Virus record (IMG/VR): IMGVR_UViG_3300020411_003416
Span: 1-27,102 of that record
Source of the DNA: a virus
Taxonomy: Duplodnaviria; Caudoviricetes
Direction: 5' to 3' (one strand)
Length of the DNA stretch: 27,102 nucleotides
Shown here: piece after piece, positions 9,662 to 19,100 of the stretch
How positions within the stretch are numbered: position 1 is the stretch's first letter
Layout of the letters: each line of letters opens with the position of its first letter
The notes under the pieces: model-generated
What the model saw: only the letters and a program-made list of their open reading frames with translations
What the model was told of the DNA's origin: nothing
Databases searched by the model: none
Program-made: the position numbers and the translations under genes

Positions 9662-11607
9662 TGGCAGTAAATTTTCCAAATAGTCCTTCAACTAACGATA
9701 CCCATACCGAGAACGGTTATACATGGAAGTGGGATGGAACTTCTTGGATTATTCAATCTCTTGCTCCTCCAGGTCCGACTGGTCCAAGTGGTCCATCAGG
9801 TCCAAGTGGTCCTGCTGGTCCGCCAGGTCCGCCAGGTCCAACTGGTCCTCCTGCTACGGTAAGTAGTGATCCTATAGGATCAATCATAGCATGGTCTGGA
9901 TCTACATCTAATATTCCAAGTGAGTATCAATTATGTGATGGTTCTACACCAGTTACGACTGAATTACAACTGATTACTGGGGGTGTTGTTCCTGATTTAC
10001 GAGGTAGATGGATTGTTGGAACAGATGGTAGTTTTCCCAATAAAACTTTTGGTAATCAATTTTCAAGTGGATCTGCTACACCTCCATATTATTCCTTATT
10101 TTACATAATCAAACATACTGCTTCTGCAGGTCCTCCAGGTCCAGCAGGTCCTCCAGGTTCTGGGTCTTCTACTTTTGTAGGTTTAACAGATACACCATCT
10201 ACCTTTACTGCTGATAAGTTTGTAAAAGTAAATTCTAGTGGTAATGCTTTAGAATGGACTGATGCTCCTACTAATGGATTACCTATAGTTAATGTTGCAG
10301 ATTTTGGAGCACTTCCAGGTGCTGCTGGTGCAACAAACAGGACTAGTATTGAAAATGCTATTAACTCATTAGCATCTACAGGAGGATTGGTTTATATTCC
10401 TACAGGAACTTATGATATAACAGGAACTATAGAATTAAATAATGGAACTCTGGGTGATGGTGGCGGTATAAGTATCATCGGTCCTACTCAGAACTATAGA
10501 GTTACTTCTGCTGATACTGAAGGAGTTTGTTTGAGATCTACTGATGCTGTTAGTGATATAATCAAAGTAAATAACGTAAGAAATGTAACTTTTGCCAACT
10601 TAGCATTTGATCATAAAGAAGGTACACCTAGAAATGGTGGAAATGCTGTTCATTTTTATTCTAATACAAATACTCAACAGATTAGAATGGATAGGATTTA
10701 TATCCGAAACCAATTTGGTGGTATTAAAGTAGATGGACATTCAATCGCAACATTTAGAGATATAGAAATTAGAGATTTTCCACTTCAAGCTGGAGCTTAT
10801 GGAATGTTATTTTCTGCTTCTGCTGGTGGATCGGAAAGAGTTGATCAGGTAAGATGTGAAAATATTATTATTGATGGTTTAGTTGATGGAGGTCCACATC
10901 CAACTGCAAATGGATTATGGGTTAAGGATTTTGTAAATTCAATATGGTTCCTTAATTGTGCTGTTATTAGATGTAATAAAGGATTTTTAATGGACTCAGC
11001 TGTTCCTAGTGGAGCAACAGGTAATCCTGGTTCATTCTTTAGAATAAATGACTGTGATTTTGATACAAATGGTACATATGGTATTGAGATTGCTGGTGGT
11101 AGTTTTATATGGATTAATAACCCATATATAAGTAGTAATTTCGTTAATGGTTTGAGAGTTAGTAGTACTTTCACAGGCGTATTAAGAGTACATGGTGCAG
11201 ATTGTAGAGGTAATAGGCAGCACGGAATTTATATTGATTCACAAGATCATAAGAAGATCTTTATAAGAGATTCACAGTGTGCTAATAATTCTGCAACTAA
11301 TGATAATCAATATGATGGTCTTGCTTTTTATGATTCTAATGGAACTAATCAATCAGATATTCATATTGATGGTGGACAGTATGGTGGAGATATAATGGGA
11401 TCAACTAATGGCGGTACTAATGGTAGTGTACCTCAAAGATATGGTATATCAGCAGTTAATAATACAAAATTTGATAGAATTACTATTAATAATGTAGATT
11501 GTACTGGAAATAGAACGGGTACAGTTCAATTTAACCCTAATAATGGGTCTGATAATTATATTCATAATGTTATCGGATTCCACGGAACACACTCAGGTGC
11601 TCACTAA
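9661..11607 (+). CDS. Collagen-linked tailspike C (648 aa): tail-collar domain plus pectate-lyase-like beta-helix
   Basis: N-terminal FPNSP...WKWDGTSW motif, short collagen, collar motif ([42 protein letters not shown], 9868-10113), then VNVADFGA...IENAIN...[11 protein letters not shown] and right-handed beta-helix repeats (10285-11604). Confidence 0.85.
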   Translation: MAVNFPNSPSTNDTHTENGYTWKWDGTSWIIQSLAPPGPTGPSGPSGPSGPAGPPGPPGPTGPPATVSSDPIGSIIAWSGSTSNIPSEYQLCDGSTPVTTELQLITGGVVPDLRGRWIVGTDGSFPNKTFGNQFSSGSATPPYYSLFYIIKHTASAGPPGPAGPPGSGSSTFVGLTDTPSTFTADKFVKVNSSGNALEWTDAPTNGLPIVNVADFGALPGAAGATNRTSIENAINSLASTGGLVYIPTGTYDITGTIELNNGTLGDGGGISIIGPTQNYRVTSADTEGVCLRSTDAVSDIIKVNNVRNVTFANLAFDHKEGTPRNGGNAVHFYSNTNTQQIRMDRIYIRNQFGGIKVDGHSIATFRDIEIRDFPLQAGAYGMLFSASAGGSERVDQVRCENIIIDGLVDGGPHPTANGLWVKDFVNSIWFLNCAVIRCNKGFLMDSAVPSGATGNPGSFFRINDCDFDTNGTYGIEIAGGSFIWINNPYISSNFVNGLRVSSTFTGVLRVHGADCRGNRQHGIYIDSQDHKKIFIRDSQCANNSATNDNQYDGLAFYDSNGTNQSDIHIDGGQYGGDIMGSTNGGTNGSVPQRYGISAVNNTKFDRITINNVDCTGNRTGTVQFNPNNGSDNYIHNVIGFHGTHSGAH

Positions 11608-12161
11608 TGGCAGTTAAGATACGAAAAGGTGGTCAATGGGTAACTATAGTAGGTAATGGACCTCCAGGTCCAGCAGGTCCCACAGGTCCAACTGGTCCTG
11701 CTGGTGCAGACGGTGCTGATGGTGCTGATGGTGGAACAGGTCCAACAGGTCCTGCTGGTCCAACTGGTCCCACAGGTCCGACTGGTCCGACAGGTCCTTC
11801 AGGTGGAGCTGGTGGAACTGGTCCTGCTGGTCCGCCAGGTCCTGCTGGAAATGATGGTGCTGATGGAAGTAATGGACCTCCTGGTGCAACTGGTCCTACA
11901 GGTCCTACAGGTCCTGCTGGTCCGCCAGGTCCAACTGGTCCTTCTGGTCCCCAAGGTGTTGCTGGTCTAGATATTGGAACTTCACCTCCATCTGGTCCTT
12001 CTACTGCTGGTGATTTATGGTGGGAATCGGATACAGGTCATCTATATGTTTATTATAATGATGGTAATAGTAATCAGTGGGTAGCAGTCTCACAAGGTCC
12101 TGCTGGATCGCCTGGTGGAGGTGGTCTATTTACAACACCAAAATGGAATATACCAGTCTAA
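11607..12161 (+). CDS. Short collagen-like fibre D (184 aa)
   Basis: 15-aa N-terminus [15 protein letters not shown], ~34 G-X-Y triplets, a [16 protein letters not shown] motif and C-terminal WNIPV; TAATG-coupled to the upstream gene. Confidence 0.85.
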   Translation: MAVKIRKGGQWVTIVGNGPPGPAGPTGPTGPAGADGADGADGGTGPTGPAGPTGPTGPTGPTGPSGGAGGTGPAGPPGPAGNDGADGSNGPPGATGPTGPTGPAGPPGPTGPSGPQGVAGLDIGTSPPSGPSTAGDLWWESDTGHLYVYYNDGNSNQWVAVSQGPAGSPGGGGLFTTPKWNIPV

Positions 12162-12164
12162 ATA
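12158..12164 (+). promoter_or_regulatory. Late promoter CTAAATA overlapping the fibre D stop
   Basis: Same position relative to the stop codon as at 9238; followed by AGGAG and the ATG at 12186. Confidence 0.65.
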
Positions 12165-12185
12165 CTAAACAGGAGATATAAAATC

Positions 12186-12611
12186 ATGACAGCAACAGTT
12201 TATAATGGAGTATTACAGGGAACTGGAGCAACTCACATTCAGACTCTTTATAATAACAATACTGGTAAAAATGTAAGAATAGTATGGAATTATATTCAGG
12301 CAGGAAATAGTAATCCTAATGAAGTTGAGGTGATTGTAGGTCCAATAACTACACTTCCTGGTCATAGTAGTGGAAATAACCTTGATACAATCTTATTAAG
12401 ACTTCCTTCTGGTTTTGCAGCTGGTAAAAATTTGGGAATTTTTAGGAATGATACTAATACAGCACATAGAGGATCTGGTGGTACTCCAGGTAGTTTTCCA
12501 ACGGAAATGATGTTGTCTGATGGAGATAAAATTAGTATACGAATTCCTTCACAAATAGGCAGTTACGTGAATGGTCTTCATTATAATTTTGTAGCGATAA
12601 CGGAAGATTAA
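12186..12611 (+). CDS. Small beta-rich protein (141 aa), putative tip partner of fibre D; paralog of 9266..9661
   Basis: MTATVYNG...[15 protein letters not shown]...GKNL...[10 protein letters not shown]...YNFVAITED; good AGGAG RBS. Confidence 0.7.
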   Translation: MTATVYNGVLQGTGATHIQTLYNNNTGKNVRIVWNYIQAGNSNPNEVEVIVGPITTLPGHSSGNNLDTILLRLPSGFAAGKNLGIFRNDTNTAHRGSGGTPGSFPTEMMLSDGDKISIRIPSQIGSYVNGLHYNFVAITED

Positions 12612-12615
12612 TAAT

Positions 12616-14379
12616 ATGGCAGCATTCGATTTTCCAAACAGTCCATCCCTTAATGATACCCATACAGAAAATGGGGTAATTTGGAAGTGGAATGGATATG
12701 CTTGGGATCGAGTTCCAAGTAGTGGTCCTCAAGGTGCTCCAGGTCCAACTGGACCAAGTGGTCCTGCAGGTCCTCCAGGTCCAACAGGTGGTTCTGGTCC
12801 TCCTGGTCCAGGTGGCACAGGTCCTGCTGGTCCTCCAGGTCCACCAGGTCCTACTGGAAATGATGGTGCTGACGGTGCTGATGGAGGAAGTGGTCCTCCA
12901 GGTCCTGCTGGTCCTCCAGGTCCTACAGGAAATGATGGTGCTGATGGAAATGATGGTAGTACAGGTCCAACTGGTCCTACAGGTCCAACTGGTCCATCTG
13001 GTCCTCAAGGTAATCCAGGTCCACCAGGTCAGTCTGGAGCAAGAAATTATACTATAACAAATAGTGGATCTGGTTCGTATTGTGTTGATGGCACTTGTAG
13101 TAATCCAACAATAAGTTTAATAAGAGGATTTACTTATACCTTTAGTGTAAATGCAAATGGGCATCCGTTTTGGATTAAAACATCTCAAACTACTGGAACA
13201 GGTAATCAATATAATACAGGAGTAACAGGTAATGGTACTCAAGTAGGAACTATAACTTGGACTGTTGCATCTAATGCACCAAGTACTCTTTATTATATTT
13301 GTGAATATCATAGTGCTATGACAGGCACTTTTTCTATATCAGATTTTGGTCCTGTTGGTCCTCCAGGTCCAACTGGTCCTGCAGGTCCTCCAGGTCCAAC
13401 AGGTGGTTCTGGTCCTCCTGGTCCCACAGGTCCTGCTGGTGCTGACGGTGATGATGGAGGAAGTGGTCCTCCAGGTCCTCCAGGTCCAACAGGTGGAGAT
13501 GGTCCTCCTGGTCCAGGTGGCACAGGTCCTGCTGGTCCTCCAGGTACTCCAGGTAATGATGGAAATGATGGAAATGACGGTGCTGATGGTGGACCTGGTC
13601 CTGCTGGTCCTCCAGGTATTCCAGGAAATGATGGTGCTGATGGTGCTGATGGTGGTCCAGGTCCTGCAGGTCCTGCAGGTCCTCCAGGTTCAAGTGGTCC
13701 TGCTGGTGTTCCTTCTGGAGCTGTTATGTTATTTGCACAAGCTAGTGCTCCTACTGGATGGACAAAATCAACATCACATAATAATAAAGCACTTAGAGTT
13801 GTAAGTGGTTCTGGTGGTGGTTCTGGTGGTAGTAATTCATTTACTAGTTCATTCTCCAACCAATCTTTAAGTGTTAGCGGATCTGGAAGTGCTAGTGGAA
13901 CTACAGGAAGTAGTGTTTCTGGATCTACAAGTAGTGAAAATGCTGGATCTGTTAGTGTTAGTGGATCTGTTAGTGGTAATTGTGGTGGTGGACAATACAT
14001 TTACGCTAGTACCAGTCAGGTAACATTAGCAACTAGTCAGATACCATCTCACCAACACGCTTATGATGTTCCTCGTGGTAGTAGTGGTTCTGGATATGGT
14101 TTCCGAGATACTATGAATGGTACTTCTTCTGGAACCGCATCAGTTGCTGCTGCTGGTGGAGGTGGTGCTCACAATCACTCATTAGTTAATTATCTAATAT
14201 CTGGTTCTAACTTTAGTTTCAGTGATAGTTTTACTGCTTCTGGTTCCCCTAGTAATCACAGTCACGATATAGGCAATCACTCTCATAGTTTTAGTGATAG
14301 TAGTATTAGTGTTAGTAGTTCTGGTTCTCTTGACTTGCGTGTTCAGTATGTTGATGTTATAATAGCATCAAAGGATTGA
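12616..14379 (+). CDS. Collagen-like tail fibre E (587 aa) with internal cupredoxin-like domain and HxH needle tip
   Basis: N-terminal FPNSP...WKWNGYAW motif, collagen, a GHPF...[10 protein letters not shown] domain (13045-13347), more collagen, collar-like [20 protein letters not shown], and four HxH motifs (14050, 14170, 14257, 14278). Confidence 0.85.
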   Translation: MAAFDFPNSPSLNDTHTENGVIWKWNGYAWDRVPSSGPQGAPGPTGPSGPAGPPGPTGGSGPPGPGGTGPAGPPGPPGPTGNDGADGADGGSGPPGPAGPPGPTGNDGADGNDGSTGPTGPTGPTGPSGPQGNPGPPGQSGARNYTITNSGSGSYCVDGTCSNPTISLIRGFTYTFSVNANGHPFWIKTSQTTGTGNQYNTGVTGNGTQVGTITWTVASNAPSTLYYICEYHSAMTGTFSISDFGPVGPPGPTGPAGPPGPTGGSGPPGPTGPAGADGDDGGSGPPGPPGPTGGDGPPGPGGTGPAGPPGTPGNDGNDGNDGADGGPGPAGPPGIPGNDGADGADGGPGPAGPAGPPGSSGPAGVPSGAVMLFAQASAPTGWTKSTSHNNKALRVVSGSGGGSGGSNSFTSSFSNQSLSVSGSGSASGTTGSSVSGSTSSENAGSVSVSGSVSGNCGGGQYIYASTSQVTLATSQIPSHQHAYDVPRGSSGSGYGFRDTMNGTSSGTASVAAAGGGGAHNHSLVNYLISGSNFSFSDSFTASGSPSNHSHDIGNHSHSFSDSSISVSSSGSLDLRVQYVDVIIASKD

Positions 14380-14383
14380 TTTA

Positions 14384-14710
14384 ATGAAACTTGAACGTGG
14401 CAATTATTGTCCTTTAATTAAGAAGGATTGTATAGGATTACAGTGTACTTGGTTTACTCAAATACGTGGTATGAATCCCAATACAGGAGAAGAAACTGAT
14501 GAGTGGGGATGTGCAGTTGGTTGGATGCCTATGTTAATGGTTGAAAATTCTCAAATGCAAAGACAAACTAGTGCTGCTATTGAATCCTTTAGAAATGAAT
14601 CTGTAAAGTCAACTTTACAAGCACAAGAGATATATAAGGCAGAATTGAAACTTAAAGCATTAGATAGATTACAAGAACCTAGAAAAACCTTAAATGTAAC
14701 AGAAGAATGA
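14384..14710 (+). CDS. Cys-rich phage protein (108 aa), probable tail-fibre-associated factor
   Basis: CPLx4Cx4C...WGCA motif followed by a helical C-terminus; sits between a fibre gene and a chaperone gene with an ATGA overlap. Confidence 0.7.
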   Translation: MKLERGNYCPLIKKDCIGLQCTWFTQIRGMNPNTGEETDEWGCAVGWMPMLMVENSQMQRQTSAAIESFRNESVKSTLQAQEIYKAELKLKALDRLQEPRKTLNVTEE

Positions 14711-15213
14711 AATTAACAGTTGTTCCATCTGATAAAACAATAATTATTGATACTGAAGGGGTAGTATGTAGTAATGTTGATCTTTCTTGGATTCCTACAG
14801 ATGTTCATGCGATGCATTGGGACAGTTCAACAAATAAAGGTCACGTTGAATATGAAGATGATGCTGTAGATGGAGATGGAAATAAAAAATGGGGTGATGA
14901 AATTACTGCAATAGGTATTTGGCAGCAAGCAGTAACAGATCACGCTAATGAAAAAACTGCTCAAGCAAATGCAATAGAAGCAGCAAGAGATCATTTAGCA
15001 GAAGTAAAACAATATAGAAATGCTTTATTATCTTGGTCTGATTGGACTCAAGGTAATGATTCCCCATTAAGTTCTAGTAAGAAAACTGAGTGGGCAACAT
15101 ATCGTCAGGCATTAAGAGATCTTCCAGCAACTATAGCAGCAGATTCTAATTTAACTGCAAAGGCGATGGCAGATGACTTTACGCATTCTAGTTGGCCGAC
15201 AAAACCCACATAG
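14707..15213 (+). CDS. Tail fibre assembly chaperone (Phage_tail_APC-like C-terminal domain), 168 aa
   Basis: RNALLSWSDWTQ..LSSSKKTEWATYRQALRDLPA..WPTKPT, nearly identical to the C-terminus of 7141..7671; the N-terminal domain is different. Confidence 0.85.
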   Translation: MKLTVVPSDKTIIIDTEGVVCSNVDLSWIPTDVHAMHWDSSTNKGHVEYEDDAVDGDGNKKWGDEITAIGIWQQAVTDHANEKTAQANAIEAARDHLAEVKQYRNALLSWSDWTQGNDSPLSSSKKTEWATYRQALRDLPATIAADSNLTAKAMADDFTHSSWPTKPT

Positions 15214-15224
15214 TATGCTATAAT
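15196..15224 (+). promoter_or_regulatory. Putative sigma70-type (early) promoter for the oxygenase gene
   Basis: CCGACA (15196-15201, 4/6 to TTGACA), 17-nt spacer, perfect TATAAT (15219-15224), with extended -10 TG at 15216-15217. Confidence 0.6.
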
Positions 15225-15247
15225 AATTAAACTAGATGGATAACTAG

Positions 15248-15841
15248 ATGAATGATCTGATACAAGTAATTAAGATTCTTAATGGTGCTGATCTTAAAAA
15301 AGTAAATCAATATGTTGATACTTTAGAATTTAAAGATAATACTGTGTTTGGCAAACCTGGTGAGGAATGTCAAACTAATACTGATATTAGATCTAGTACT
15401 GGGGTATCTTTAGATGATGCACATGAAATAACTAATGTTATTCATAATGCTATGAATAATGGATTGGATGAATATAAGAGAAGAGTACAAAAGATTCATC
15501 CTAATTTTAGTTATTATCCTGTACCTGGTGCTGTAGGAACTAGATCTTGGAGAGAAGGAATACAAATATTAGATTATAAAAAAGGACAAGAATATAAGTT
15601 TCATCACGATGCAGCAACAGAACCTAGATTAGGTGAGTATCATAGAAAGATTTCTGTTATATTATATTTAAAGGAAGCAACTAAAGGTGGTGGAACTGCA
15701 TTTGCACATCTATCAGTCAAACCAAAACCTGGTTATGCTCTTATATTTCCATCTAATTGGTGTTATCCTCACGCAGGTGAACCAGTAAGTGCAGGTAAAA
15801 AACGAGTCGCTGTTACATGGTATTACGTTGAGAATATATAG
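15248..15841 (+). CDS. 2OG-Fe(II) oxygenase, prolyl 4-hydroxylase-like (197 aa)
   Basis: DIRSS, EGIQILDY..GQEYKFHHD (HxD at 15602-15610), RKISVILYL...GGGTAF, KPKPG.ALIFP and H-AGEPVSAG-K-K-RVAVT-W (distal His 15770, Lys at +10, Trp at +16). Confidence 0.9.
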   Translation: MNDLIQVIKILNGADLKKVNQYVDTLEFKDNTVFGKPGEECQTNTDIRSSTGVSLDDAHEITNVIHNAMNNGLDEYKRRVQKIHPNFSYYPVPGAVGTRSWREGIQILDYKKGQEYKFHHDAATEPRLGEYHRKISVILYLKEATKGGGTAFAHLSVKPKPGYALIFPSNWCYPHAGEPVSAGKKRVAVTWYYVENI

Positions 15842-15857
15842 ATATTATGCGATACAT

Positions 15858-16070
15858 ATGATTATGAATGATGAAACTGTTCAAGATATCATAATTGATG
15901 TCTGCAAAAGAAGAATTACTTTAATTAGTAATGAAGGTGAAACTAGATTTGTTAAGTGTGATAACACAGATCAGTTTATGGGTGTAATGGATGTTATTAA
16001 GGAACATGCTGATCCTGAAATCATTACTTATGTTCAACCAAAATTAACTACAGATAGCAAAGCTAAATAG
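15858..16070 (+). CDS. Small hypothetical phage protein (~68-70 aa)
   Basis: More plausible start at ATG 15858 or 15864 (no overlap with the oxygenase) than the track start at 15789; MNDETVQDIIIDVCKRRITLISNEGETRFVKCDNTDQFMGV... Confidence 0.65.
   Translation: MIMNDETVQDIIIDVCKRRITLISNEGETRFVKCDNTDQFMGVMDVIKEHADPEIITYVQPKLTTDSKAK
16063..16069 (+). promoter_or_regulatory. Late promoter CTAAATA for the 1897-aa fibre gene
   Basis: TAAATA core overlapping the upstream stop, ~40 nt before the ATG at 16108. Confidence 0.65.
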
Positions 16071-16107
16071 AACATAGAAATACCAACTGGACTAGTAGTA
16101 TAAAAAG

Positions 16108-19100
16108 ATGCCACTTAATAAATTAGAGAATTTTATAAAGAATAGTGAGGGTCGCATTCTTTATGTTAATCCAAATGATCTTGATGCCACCGATGGAATA
16201 GAAAATCAGGGTAATTCATTAACAAAACCATTTAAGACCTTACAAAGAGCACTTATCGAATCCGCTAGATTTTCATATCTAAGGGGAAATGATAATGATT
16301 TAGTGGAGAAGACAACAATATTACTTTTTCCAGGTGAACATTTAATAGATAACCGTCCAGGTTTTGGTATAAAGGATGTTAATGGAACTGCTACTGCTAT
16401 TAGTCCAAGTAGTGCAGAGTCTGGTGCTCAGAATACTCTTACATTAACTCTTAACTCTAACTTCGATTTAACACAAGAAGATAATATACTTTATAAGTTT
16501 AATAGTACAGAAGGTGGTGTTATAGTTCCTAGAGGAACATCTATTGTTGGATTAGACTTAAGAAAAACAAAGGTTCGTCCTAAGTATGTTCCAAACCCAA
16601 CAGATGATAATGTAAAATCTGCTGCTATCTTTAGGGTTACTGGTGCTTGTTATTTCTGGCAGTTCTCTATATTTGATGGGGATGAGTCTACATTAGTATA
16701 TACAGATCCTACTAACTTTGATACTACAAATAGATCTAAACCAGTATTTTCTCACCATAAATTAACAGTATTTGAATATGCTGATGGTGTTAATAAATTA
16801 GATAAGTTTGGTGGATTAACTGATCTAGATGTTTATTATAGTAAGTTATCCAACGCATATAATAGGGCATCAATCAGAGATATTGATGAGAAGTTTCCTA
16901 GTAATTCAGGTGGATTTGCAAAGCAAAGACCTGAATTTGAAATTGTAGGTGCTTTCTCTGCTGACCGTATTCAGATCTCAAATATTATTTCAGGTGATGG
17001 TGCAACACCAGGTCAGGTTGTTACTGTAACAACAGCAGTTCCACATGAATTAACTGGTGGTACACCAATTAAGATTGAGGGTGTTAATGAAGTAACATAT
17101 AATATTTCAACTAAAGTTAATAGTGTTTTGAATGAAACTCAATTCACATATCTATTATCTTATGTTCCACCTAATCTTAGGGCAGGTCCTGCTGGTGGAT
17201 TAAGTGCTGGTAGTGCGGAAGTTAGTGTAGAAGTTGATACTGTTACTGGTGCATCTCCTTATATCTTTAACTGTTCTTTGAGATCAGTTCTTGGTATGTG
17301 TGGTATGAAAGCTGATGGTGCAAAGGCAACTGGATTTAGATCTATGGTTGTTGCTCAGTTTACTGGTGTATCACTACAGAAAGATGATCGTGCATTTGTA
17401 AAATATAATAAAAATAGTAGAAAATATGATGGTATTACATATCAAAAACAAACTGGTGAGTTACTATCATCCGAAGCATCAAATCCTAATCCAGCAAATG
17501 TTTATCACTTAGATAAAGATGCTGTTTATAGAGATGGTTGGAAGACTGCACATATTACATTAGAAAATGATGCTGTTCTACAGATCGTTTCTGTGTTCGC
17601 TATTGGTTATCATATTCATTTCTTAATGAAGTCTGGTGGTGACGCATCAATTACAAACTCTAACTCTAACTTCGGTCAGTTTGCTCTTGCTGCTGATGGA
17701 TTTAAGAAAGAATCTTTTGATAAAGATAATAAAGGATTTATTACATCTGTTATTGCACCAAAAGCAGTTGTTAGTGAAGAATCTAATATTGAGTTAAATC
17801 AACTTGATACTTCTGTTAACCAAGCATATAAAGCTGCTGATACTTCAACTAATAATATTAATAGTAGAAGTAAGTTATTCTTATTAGGACAAACTAATGA
17901 GAACTTAGTACCATCTGAAATTGCACAGGGATTTAGAATTGGTGCAAGAGTTGGTGAGAAGTTTTATATAGATTTAGCAAATGGAACTAAAGTTCAAGCT
18001 ACCATTTGTATGTCTAATAAGGAAATTGTTGGTGGTAATGCTTCAACTGTGACTTCAACAGTTAGAGTTACTTCAGAAAAAGAATATGAAGGAACTCATA
18101 ATAATACTACTCAAGGAAGTGCATCTATTCAGCATGAAATAGAACTCAATAATTTACGTGCTGTTGGTGCTAAACATGATCTTAATAATGGTGAATCTAT
18201 TAGAGTTATTGCAGAGAGTGGTGATTTACCAGAAGGTTTAGATCCACATAAAATTTATTATGCAATTACTAATGAAAAGAATAGTTCAAGACAAGATGGC
18301 ATCAGTTTAGATGATTACACAATTCAGATTGCATCATCAAAAACTAACGCTGATAGAACTACACCACAATATATTAAAACTATTTACAGTCCTGATGCAG
18401 GTAAATTAAAAATTATTAGTAGAGTTTCGGATAAGAAACCAGGTGAATTAGGACATCCAATGCAGTGGGATGCTGCTGAGAGTAATTGGTTTATTCATGT
18501 TGATGGCACTAATCAAAGTTCTGAATCAACTTATAATAGTATATGGGATAACTTTGCTAATTTAGATCCTGATGATGAGGATATTCCTTATCTTCAAAGA
18601 CAAAATGATAGTAGAAGTTTAGATGATAAACTCTATAAGTTTAGATATGTAATTCCAAAAGAATTAGAAAATGCTAGAGATCCTAACGATAGTTTTATCA
18701 TTCAAGATTCTAGTTCTACTAATATAAGAGCAACGGCAGATTTTACTAGAACTTCTATTGGATCTACTGATTATGATTATAATAGGAATTTGAGATTCAT
18801 TTCTTATCTTGATTATAACAGTACTACTAAGATAGTCACTATTAGAGCAGATAAGTCTCACAATCTAAATGCTGGTGAACAGATTATCCTTAAGAATATA
18901 ACATGTAATGTTAATCCTAATGGAGCAGCAGGTAAAGGATATAATGGAACATTCTTAGTTAACAGTGTTATTAGTGATAAAGTCTTTACTTATAAAACAA
19001 CTGACATTTTAGGTAATGTTCATAATGTAGGAACTTATAATAATGACACTCATACTAGGAATATGGCATTACCTAGATTTGAGAGAAATAATAACCAAGA

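Noticed and set aside
7637-14000. Similar shadow ORFs over fibres B to E (e.g. 7728..8084, 11656..11970, 12532..13008, 13308..14000)
   Set aside because: Same low-complexity artefact; they overlap well-supported + strand genes.
15789-15857. Track start at 15789 for the small ORF
   Set aside because: It overlaps the oxygenase 3' end by 53 nt; ATG 15858 or 15864 is more plausible.
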